Source: Lepidodermella squamata
Lineage: Eukaryota > Animalia > Gastrotricha
Reading direction: 5' to 3'
DNA length: 64,000 nt
Assembly: GCA_047495785.1 (NCBI GenBank)
Contig: JBLDXI010000021.1
Span: forward strand, 1,240,001-1,304,000
Both the position numbers and the translations under genes were made by a program. Shown one piece after another: positions 53,757 through 64,000 of this stretch (positions are counted from its first letter, which is position 1; each line of letters starts with the position of its first letter). Below the pieces are notes generated by a model. That model saw only the letters and a list, made by a program, of their open reading frames with translations. It made no database searches and was not told where the DNA came from.

Positions 53757-54480
53757 GTGCCAGCCTCGCTAATACGAGTGATTCAGCTAGTTATATTATG
53801 AAATAATTACAACGAATGCTGTTATATATTTCAGCTGTCTTTTTCTCTTGTTTCCATTACAACTCGTGTTTAATAAGGAAAACAACGATTGGTTTTCTTT
53901 TCTTATTAATAATGATATGTCTTGTTGTTTCCGAATTGTGCGCCTGTCATTTTTATAACCATGAATGAGCTCAAAGCTCTATGCAGCCGTGCAACATACT
54001 TGCTCTAAACATATTGTTTCATTTATATATACTTCATCTATCTCAATTATCTCGAGTCTTATTTGTTAAGGTGGAGTCATGGTGATTTTTATCTACACTT
54101 GTCTACAATTTTTCTCGCTCCTCGAAAATAAGCCCAAGTATCTGATCTACGCTTCCTCTTCTTCGAGTCTCGTTTATACTATTCATCAGGCAATTTTTGC
54201 CATTTTTCCTGATTTGTGAGTGTTTTTATCGATAAAGAGTTTGCCATGATCGCCTGTGGCCTCCCTTGTTTTGTTTTACTATGATGACGATCATTGTTTT
54301 ATTGTGTCTTGTTGACCCACTGTCTTGTTTTATTCCTCGTCTCCGTCGCTAGCGATCCTGGTTTGTTTGGTTTGTGTTGGAGTTTATTAGCGAATACATT
54401 TTAAAACTGATAATTTACATCTTGCATTTCTTAATTTTAGGTATTATTATTTATATTATTTGTTTTCACCCTACTCAATT

Positions 54481-55158
54481 ATGGCTCAGGCCCCTAATCA
54501 AAGGAGGCTATCGTAAGCGGTTTTTTTATATGCAATATTTTGAATTTCACTGCCGGTTTTTAGGTCATCCGGTCAAAGTTTGTATTCAATTTTGGGGTTG
54601 GAGAAAACAGCGCAGCATGACGAAGTCCGAAAAGCATATAAGCAGATGGCGCTAAGGTTCCACCCAGACAAAAACTCAGGCGACCCCGAAGCTGCTGAAA
54701 AGTTCAAAGAAATCGGGAAAGCTGCCGCAATATTGTCAGACCCAACCAAACGGGCGTTATACGACCGATATGGCTCGGCTGGCATCTACCTAGCTGAACA
54801 ATTGGGCGACGATGCTGATGCGTTAGCGCCCTATCTGTTGTTGTCATCTCCAATTGCACGGTGTGTCTTAATCACGACTTGTATTCTTACCGGGTGCTTC
54901 TGTCTCGGGTGTTACTGTTGTTGTTGTTTCTGCAACTTTTGCTGCGGCAAGTGCAAGCCCAAGGCGATGCACCCCGACGGTGGCTTCCCGGACGAGCCGG
55001 ATGCGCGCGACTATGAGCGACTCGGAACCGGCGACAGCACGGCGACGACGCCGAGTGTGGAAGGTGCGCAGAACGCGACTCGCCAGCAGCCGGGCGCCGT
55101 CATCGATTCGCAGCCGCGGGCGCCCGACTTTGTCATGATGACCGGCTCAAGGCTATAA
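54481..55158 (+). CDS. DNAJC5: Cysteine string protein (DnaJ C5)
   Basis: MAQAPNQRRLSSSGQSLYSILG, J-domain with HPD, and cysteine string CYCCCCFCNFCCGKCKP. Confidence 0.95.
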
Positions 55159-56660
55159 CTGGCGGGTGAATGAGTGAGTGAATGAATGAAATGCAAATTG
55201 CGCACGCGTGTGCGAGAGGGAAGCGGTCTCCTATTTTATACTTCAACTATGCTACAAATAAATCTATTCAAGTCGACGCGTTCATAATGTAATTGATTTG
55301 TTGTTGTTTGCTGCTTCTATTATTTGGATTCTATTGGATTTGGATTCTATTATTGTGATTCGGATTTGTTTCAAGCGCCCGGGTCTAGTCTCCTCTCGAG
55401 TCTCAAATGAAATAGCCTTCCGCGAGACGTGACCACCGGGCGCTTGATGAATTATTCGTGTCGCTTGATTGTCCGGCCCCTTCTTCTTATTCGTGCTGAT
55501 GACTTTGATGACAATGAAATCAGAGGAATTTATTTACCTGATGTGATATTGAGAAACTGAAATTGTATCGGTGTTACGTTCGTGCTGGTTCTGCAATTGA
55601 GAAAAACACGATTACTTTCTATGCATTCCGTGCAGCTCTCTCCCGTTCATGTTTTTTCGTTATTTTCCCTCATGTTGAGCAGATACCTACCTTCAGGAGG
55701 ATCAAGTGCCTGGCAAATCGGGTTTCTGCTTCTTTTTTTGTTACCACACATTGTCTTTTTATATTGAATACGTCCATCGCACATTCTCTTGTTATAATAA
55801 CAGCTTTAATGAATGTTCGATTTTTTCCTGTCGATTATATGTTTTACTCTGCCGCGTTCTTTCTTCGATAATGAGAAGAGGAAAAAATCGCAGGTTGACA
55901 GCTGGTTGGTGCAAAAAATATGGATGAATTGAAAAAAACGGAATAAAAACCCGGAGGATTGGTGATTGCTCTTTTGTTTCGCGTGTTTATTATTCCACCA
56001 TATAGAATCATAGGCCTCGGATCGGCTTTCAGACTGCGCGCAGAAATGCATACCGGCGATATAGGATGTCAAAAACGCCGTCAGGGAATCATCGTAAGAA
56101 TATTCACATCGATCGGAGAGATAAAAAAAGAAAATACTATTATAAAAGGTACAACACAAAATTATTTTTTCAGTATTTATATAGAATCAACTTTCAATAA
56201 AAGACATCATGAATTTCTGAGTGTCATTTTTTTCAATAATTCGCGTCCAGCTCCTCTAACAATGCACAACGTCACTGATTGTCAGTTTCCGAAAACCTCC
56301 ACCAGAAAATAAAGGTTTAAGGGAGATTAAAACAGATATTATTATGGCGAAACTCAGAAAAGCAAGTTGTTAGCATTTCCTCACACGAATCAAAAGTTAC
56401 CGGAATTATTGCATTTTTCGGTTACCCTATGCGCAATCTGTTTAGGGGTTGGCACTCTACTGGTTTGAAACAATCAAATTGCAAATCAACCAAAAGCTCG
56501 AATAATTGTGTTACTAAGCCAACCCGATTCCTGTTACCTCAAACTAAGAGAAAGACGCCCATTTTGTTGGTAGTGACAATAATTATTATTATCCGCAATA
56601 AATAATAGCAACAATAAACACGCAGAAATTGTTTTCTGTGAAAACAGTGGGAACAGTCTA

Positions 56661-58853
56661 TCAGCTATGGTGATGGCGAACTTGTTCGATGACTACCCCA
56701 GCATGAGATGCAGCGGCGGCTCGAGAGGCGTCGAGCCAGTGACTTGTCTCGGGTATCGCCTTACCCTCGTAGGCGCGACTCGCCTCAGCCCGGGTATAGG
56801 CTGGCAGCAACTCGCTCGCTTCGGTGGGTAGATTTCTCAGGTAAACATACGCATCCGTCCCATAGCCGTCGATGCTTGCCAGCATAATATCGCCGTTGAA
56901 ATACCTCGCGTATAGCCTCGCCAATGGCAGACCGTAGCCGTAACCAGCCATAGGAACGACGTATCCTTCGTCAAACTCGCTCTCTTGACCAGGAATGACT
57001 GGAGTTTTCGCAGTTGTGAAGGCGTAATTGAAGACCATGTCGATTTTACTCCTCGGAATTCCACCGCCGCGATCTGAAACTCGAATGGTGATGTCATGCC
57101 GACCCTGGCAAATCACCGCTCGAATAGGTGCTAATTCTTTTTCGCTGAAAAATTGTAATTTTTAATAGAAATTTCAAGCAATCGAAGAAAACTACTTGTT
57201 TTGATAGGAATTTTCGCCTTTTTCAGTTTCAGCACGCATGGCATTTTTGATAAGTTCAAACAAAATGTGATGAATATGCGATGGAACATAAATGAGCGTG
57301 ACCGGTGAATCGGCAGGCTGTTTAACACCCATCTACAAATAACGAAAATAACGTAAAATTTTCAGACAAGCGAATTTACGAGAATATACCTTGTAAATTT
57401 CCAACTCGAGTTTCGGTGAGCAATTGTAGTTATTTTCGCATAACACTCTCGCATCTTCATACGCGTCATTTAAGGCGACTGTCACGTTGCAATTCGGATC
57501 AATACATCCGATGTTTTTCGTCTTTGAATTCGCTGGTTTCGGCGAGAAAAGTAAAACTGAAAAGAACGCGATTATTCTAATTATTATTCGTCAATTATCG
57601 GAAATTACTGTGTTGATGCTGGAGCATTCGAATGCTAATTTTCGACATGTAGAAGCGGTCCAGAAAATAGTGAATTTGTCGCTCGGTTGACGCGTCTAGG
57701 CCATGCTTGTCGCGCAGTTCCATTACACCACGCGCAATTACGGGAACAACATCGCTATAATGCAAAGTGTTTTTAAAACTTTCATCGCAAAATATCAGGT
57801 GTTGTTAAGACACATAAAATAAAAATGAGCATGTTAGTAATAAGGCTCAGCAAGCACACAACACGAAAAATACCTATGGCGGTTCAAGATGTTGGGCAGA
57901 AGTTCGCGAAATCTGAAATATAGGAAATTTAGGACTTGAAAGCTGAGATTTCTAGATATTCTAACCTTCTTAGAACCATGGGATCCTTCTCGTTTTCATT
58001 TTGAAACTGGACAACTTCCTTGAAACTGAGGACATACCAGTCTCGGACCATGCTGACATTTTTGTTTTCCTACGTTAAAACCAAGTTATTGCAATTTAAA
58101 TCGAAATATCAGTAACTTACCAGCAACTTTTTCGGCAAATGGTCCATTTCTTTGATCATATTACTGAGTCGGACGGGAATTTCGCCGCGAAGAAAGCAGA
58201 ACGCATCTTGTTCGGACGGTTTTTCGCCTGAAATGAATAAGAACAAAATTCAGAGGGGTTTGTTTTTGAAGAATATTAGAAATGCACACCAAAATCGAGT
58301 AAATTCTTAATAGACAGTGGCGAAGGTCGAAACGCCGCAAAATGTTCAATCATTTGCAGAACGGTACCCGCTGGCGCAGGAGGTGTTGTAAAATTGCACC
58401 TCTGCTTAGTATAACAACAACGATTGACCCCAAATTAGCAGGTCGAGTTTACTAAAACTTGCCATCAATACATCGAGGACACCACTAAACTTCTTTGACA
58501 ACACACAGCGTGACGTGAACCCTAACATTGTGACGCTAGGCGGCTGCCAGCAGTAAACAGGAAAATCCAAGTAAGTAGTTATTAAACAACTCAAACTAAT
58601 AATTGGCTAGCAACACAAAAGTGATCACACAAAGCTGAAACATACCAAATTCTAAATGCCGTTTCATGGAAACAGGGCGGGGTTTGAAATGGGAGTAGGT
58701 GTTAATAAGTGCTTCTATGTGCTCTCCAGACTGGCGTTTGTGATACGCATGTTCAAAGCGTCTTTGGATGGCATTTACGCTAGGTATTGCTTTGCGTAAA
58801 GCGAATCCGATGACGCTGCTGTTAGTCACATTCAAACTGGTTAACCAGCGCAT
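56661..58853 (-). CDS. PDK: Pyruvate dehydrogenase kinase, mitochondrial
   Basis: Presequence, FLRREIPVRLSNMIKE, FLDRFYMSKISIRMLQHQH, IGCIDP, FELIKNAMRA, VSDRGGGIP, MAGYGYGLPLARLYARYF, GYGTDA. Confidence 0.95.
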
Positions 58854-59982
58854 ATTTCAAGAGCAATCGTTATTGATGACAGGCAAGGTGCATATTCAGT
58901 GAGCTGTGACCTCTCAAATAAATTAATTTAAATCATCCTATAAGATAAAAAACAGCATTATTAACAAAGAGGAGATATAAACCTCACAACTTGTTTCCAC
59001 AGGATATGCAGGCTTCACACCTTATCGACTAGACAGCCAGACTCCAATTCACATTCAAAGCCACTAAACATTCAGGGAGCGCGTTACACACCCTAACAAA
59101 AAATTCGAGTAACGGCGAGGCATTATAACCACGAAGTTTTGACGCCTCCTTATCAACACCCTAAATAACATCTTAGCTCTCGAGTATATGTTATGTACAA
59201 CAATTACCGTGAGACGTATAAAACGGCAGATTACTGTTACGTAGGACGGCGTGTTTACGAAAACAGCTCTCTTAGTTTCTTAATATGGCTGGAGAAAAGC
59301 GTGTAAGAATGCTTCATTCGGGGCTTGGGCCCCATTTAGAACCTTTGGTCGCGCCTCGCGCCACTCGTCAAGCATGTCAAGTGTCAAGCTAACTAAACCT
59401 GATACTTGAAAATTAATTGGCATTCTCGACTCTCTCTAATTGATGTTTGAATTTGTTCGAATGGATGAAACTTCACTTACTATCTACTGGCGTTCAAACG
59501 CATGAAACAAGTAAAGAAAATGTGCACTACGATGGAATTGAGATTATACCAAATATATCCCTTCGCAGACATCAATGAGTTACCCAAGGTTACAGTAATG
59601 ACAATAAGTTTCAAGCGCATAAAGCACAAAATCAAGGGTATGAAATGGAAGTCCATTGCGACTTCATCTATGGAAACGAATTTACGTTTCCGGACTTTAA
59701 GTTAGAAAGAAACTTGATTAAATTAATTCAACCGGGAGCATGTCGTGAATATGCTAGTTCGTAATTAGGCATGTCAAGATAATAGACGATATGATCATCT
59801 TTTGTCGACAGCATTGGTAACATGCTAAAATGGATTCAGGCATGTAATTGAAAGAAGGCAGATAAGTAGTTGAACAGGAATAGGGAATAGCAACACTATT
59901 TTTATAAGTACAAAAAAAGCAATTGCAATCGTCCCAATGAGTTGGGGGACGTCTGGACTTCCGGACTTCAGGCTTCGGACTT

Positions 59983-60002
59983 TGACCTTTGACCTTTGAC
60001 CT
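59983..60002. promoter_or_regulatory. Triple TGACCT half-site (overlapping DR1 nuclear-receptor elements)
   Basis: TGACCT-T-TGACCT-T-TGACCT, roughly midway between the divergent PDK and PDSS1 starts. Confidence 0.35.
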
Positions 60003-61251
60003 GAAGGCTTTGCTCTTTGGCGAAATGCCAATCGGCTGGCAGATCAGACATCAGAATGGTCCTTGATCGAAAGATACCAACGCACAAATCGCGGCTCTAC
60101 CAATGATTTTTGAAGGTAAAGATTAAAGATTCTGAGATTAAAATACAGACATGAGTAACAACGAGGTGTTCCAAATCGAAGGAAAGCCAGGTCAAGTGAC
60201 GTAAGTATGAATTATGAATTTAAAGTAACAAGGTGCATCCACCAAGCCAACTTCTGGCTCTGGTTATCCAATATTCTAGCCCTTACTGAGTGATATGCCT
60301 AGCGAAATCTTACTAGTTCTCGAGGGAAGAAAAAGCTGCCCTGACTTTTGCAAAGGTTTCCTGAAGTGAACATTTCAGCCAATTTGGCGTAAGAAATCAG
60401 CGTGACTTCCGAAAGAATCTTTCATACTGACTGCTGGCTGCTGGCTGCTAGCCAGTATTTCAAAGGTATTACGGCAGGCGGTATTAGGGTCACCCAAGCT
60501 GGTATAACTGGCGGTGTGTCTCGGGCACTGTCCGAATCGAGAACGCTTTCCTTGCTCAACAATGTCTTTTGTCGTTAATTTTGTTTTCATGCCCTGAAAT
60601 ACTTTCCAACTATGACATTATTGCTCTTAATATGCTGGTAAAATTCGTGGGAGCTAAAATAATAATTCTCAAAATGAGAAAATCCGTCGCGAGGTTTTGG
60701 GTCAAACCAGGGCGGCCGCGTCGGCTTGAACCAGGCCGAAAGTCGAAAGTAGCTTTTCGCCAAACACGGTGTACGGTGTAAAGGTGAGGGATAAGGGATA
60801 AGGTGACATGCTGCAGTTGTTTCTATCTACTCCAAGTTTTAAGCTTAACCTTCGGATTCGGAAATTTCGCCCTGTTCACGTATAAAACAAGTTCCTTTGG
60901 CAATTCGCGAAGACTTCTTGACATTGGAAAACGGCAACACGAAACTGCTCCATCCTCTCCTCGAAAGTTATTAACTGTAGGGGGCAGCCTGTTTCCGCTT
61001 TCCGCTGCCTTTCAATTCCCTGAATTGAATATTTCGAAAGCTTCGGTGTGAAAGGTACGCCCATCTTTATCGCAAGTTCAAAGTAGGTAGATGTCCCCTT
61101 AGAGCACTAAACTGTGAAAGTAATGTTTGCTACAGTTACGGAAACAAGTTTATTTTTTCCTCCACGTTATTTCCATTCAGAGTGGTAGTATACTTATTCC
61201 CCTTCTCCCATGATTTTACATAAGCACTCCTGTTTCTTTATCTTATAGAAA

Positions 61252-62718
61252 ATGATAAGGTCATTTAAAAGATACATTTTCCCTGCAACAGCAGTCTATC
61301 GCAATCACAAATGCCTGATTAATCCGAGGCGATACCAATGGAACGTCGCAGAAGAGATTTCCGAAGTTGTTCCTAACGCGTTCAGATCACCGTTTTCGCT
61401 GGTTGAACATGATTTAAACAATATTCCAATCGCGATTGGTGAGGTAAAAATGGCTCAACGCTGCTTTGATAAGTCAACACTGATTCTAATGTACTTAAAT
61501 CTAGGAATTGACTATTGGCGACAAAAAGCTGGAGTTCGCTTCACGTTACCATTTTGACCAGCTAGGAAAATTATTTCGCCCCACCCTCGTACTGCTCATG
61601 GCTCGCTTGGTCAATGCTCAAATCAACACTAATAACCGATTGCAGAATGAAGCGTAGACAAGATTTTCTATATGTGATCATATCAACAGCCTATTTTTTA
61701 GACTATTCTCTCGCCAGTTCAGAGTGGCTATGATTGCAGAAATGATTCACACCGCAAGTCTTATACACGATGATATTTTGGATAGCTCTCCGGTGCGTCG
61801 GAATCAACCGACTTTACACTGCTCGGTTGGTCTAAAAACTGCTGTTCTTACTGGAGATTTCATTTTGTCTCGTGCGTCTCGTCTAATTGCTCGTTTAAAT
61901 AACTGTGCGGTGACTGAGATTCTTGCCCTTATACTGGAAGATCTTGTAGTTGGTAAGTAGAAGCAGATCATCTGGTTTTATTGGTTTTCATTATATTTCT
62001 GATTTTAGGCGAATTGATGCAAGCCAATGGCGCGGATGACAAAGCACAAGAGATATCGCCCAACGCCTTGTCTTCCGTCGATTTATCGACAATAAAACCT
62101 TCATGCCGTCATTTTTTCAGCCACTACCTCGAGCGGATATACTATAAAACCGCAAGTCTAATGGCGAACAGTTGCAAAGCTGTTGGAGTTGTCTCAGACT
62201 GCAACCCAGAGCTCGTTAAAGCTGCTTTTGAGATTGGTCGTGCAATTGGAATGGCCTTCCAAATTATGGACGATCTACTGGACATTACCAGTCAGCTCGA
62301 ACCTGATACGCTAGGAAAACCCGCTGGTGCTGATTTGAAACTTGGCTTGGCAACTGCTCCTGTATTATATGCTTCGATGGAGGTTGATATTTTGCATTAT
62401 TTATGTTGCTTAAAATGCAATTCTTGAATTTTGCAGCATCCGCAGCTTTTAGAATTAATCCGGCGGCGGTTCTCTCAAGAAGGCGATGTAAATACTGCTC
62501 TTTCAATGATTCATGAGGTATGACGCAACTTGATAATATTGTTTGGCGCTAACAGATAATTTGAAAATTTCTAGTCTGGGGCTATCGACAGGACTCGAAA
62601 ATTGGCCAACCAGCACGCCACTCATGCTGTTCAACTCCTTAATACCTCTTTTATAGACTCACCTTACCGAACTGCCCTATCGACCCTAGCGATGTTCGTG
62701 ATAGAACGCAATAAGTGA
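61252..62718 (+). CDS. PDSS1: Decaprenyl/polyprenyl diphosphate synthase subunit 1 (CoQ side chain)
   Basis: GKLFRP, AEMIHTASLIHDDILD (FARM), AVLTGDFIL, GELMQ, YYKTASL, AFQIMDDLLD (SARM), LGKPAGADLKLGLATAPVL. Confidence 0.92.
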
Positions 62719-63369
62719 CACGCGTAAACAAACAAAAACACATATAACAACTTTACCTATAAAACCAATGTTTGATGAAGTGCCGCTTCTTTCAAATCAA
62801 CACGGTTAGATTAATGTTCACCCGTCCACACGTTCATTTTTCTGAGATATGATCGATTGTATCCTTGTTGCTGTTTAATATTAGTTTCTTACATTGCTCT
62901 TATTCGACGTAAATGTTATTTTCTTCTGCGTCGGTGGTGAAAGCGATTCAACGGGCAAAGAAGATCGAAAACGATAATAAATACAAGATGAATTTGTTTG
63001 AGACTGACTTTTTCGAGATTAAACAAACAAAATACCAGAAAATAATCTAGTGCAAACAAAAAAATAATGATATGAAGACACGGAATCTCTATGAGTAAAC
63101 GCGCCAAAAGATCTAGCCGCCTGAATCACTGCTATCCCAGAAATTACTGGGCCGTTGTGTGACGACAATACCGGGTGAAGCACCGAAATCAGGCGTGGCT
63201 CCGAAGCTAGGCGAGCTGCCCAAACCAGCAGCCGCAACGAAACCACTAGGAGCAGGACTATTTCGGGCTATTCAACACCCAAAAATGTATAATTTTTCAT
63301 GTCTACCCGAGGTGAGATTACCTGGCTTACATGGCTGAGACGCAGTGCCAAAAGAAGCACTGCCACCGA

Positions 63370-64000
63370 ATTTATTTATTTATTTATTTATTTATTTATT
63401 GAGCATAAATCCCATTGTTGAGAGCTCGAAGTGTGAAAAGGGGCGAGTGAAAAAACAATTAGGCAGAGATACGGTGTCTAATCAAGCCGTTTCATAAGTC
63501 GCAACAATCAGTACACAACAATACAACAAATGTAGTAAAATAATCAACAATTTAAGAAGTGTTCGTAGACTATTTGTCGGCAGTCTTTTGCGCTCGCGCA
63601 AGCTTTGAGACCGCAGTCGCACGTTGGTAGAGTGCCGTCGTAATCGCCAATATCGATTGCTCGATGTTGTGAGCAATGGAAATTGACTGGCAGGGTGTTG
63701 AAAAAATTCGGGCCTCGATAGCTCAGGCTGGCCATTCCGAAATCGAGCCGCATCTTCGGTACCTGGAAGGTTAAGCGCGAGCTGCGAAGGCGACTTGGCT
63801 TGCTGACTGTAAATAAGTTAATAATGGCGTCAGGGGCTTCGCCAATTACGCATCGAAACATTAACGTAGCTAAGTGGACGTTGCGTTTTCCAGACAAGTC
63901 CAGCCAACCAAGCTCTTTCCGTAAAGGAGCTGCGTCGGCATTGTACGGCGCGTTCATGATGATACGAACGGCTCTGTCCTGAAGGCTTTGCATTCGATCT
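63370..64000 (-). mobile_element. 3' end of a CR1/L2-clade non-LTR retrotransposon (ORF2 C-terminus, 3' UTR, (TAAA)n tail)
   Basis: LQDRAVRII...LRKELGWLDL...LMFRC...APDAI...SLSYRGPNFFNTLP is the typical post-RT region. The (AATA)7 tail is at about 63371-63400. Runs off the window. Confidence 0.85.

Noticed and set aside
55445-55500. C/D box snoRNA (TGATGA...CTGA)
   Set aside because: Too short, with no terminal stem and no recognisable guide sequence.
60300-61064. Short ORFs between PDK and PDSS1 (also 11400-12100 and 37900-38460)
   Set aside because: No consistent splice chain or recognisable protein motif. Possibly decayed repeats.

Overview
Gene-dense window from a compact-genome bilaterian invertebrate, with most introns about 45-60 bp. 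The taxon cannot be fixed from the sequence alone. Gene models were spliced by hand. From left to right: the 5' five exons of a central (Antp-like) Hox gene ending in VYPWMRNQLG, with the homeobox off-window to the left; a FAST-kinase/RAP family gene; lunapark; glutamate decarboxylase; a tandem array of five related astacin-EGF-mucin-SEA-EGF-TM genes; a TSP1-trypsin protease; ZNF830; FAIM; an unknown coiled-coil gene; two divergent Cys-loop channels; AGAP; PBX; DNAJC5/CSP; PDK; PDSS1; and a CR1/L2-type LINE 3' end. Several MITEs and a tRNA-derived SINE are also present. Best candidate for an undescribed system: the array of membrane-tethered pseudo-astacins (17.8-31.9 kb). All four astacin domains have the catalytic Glu replaced by Leu, and all four SEA-like domains have Cys in place of the autocleavage Ser. 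Also notable: Hox-lunapark-GAD-PDK-AGAP linkage with the Hox cofactor PBX 50 kb away, and Cys-loop channels with a hybrid 'PDR' selectivity filter and almost no intracellular domain.
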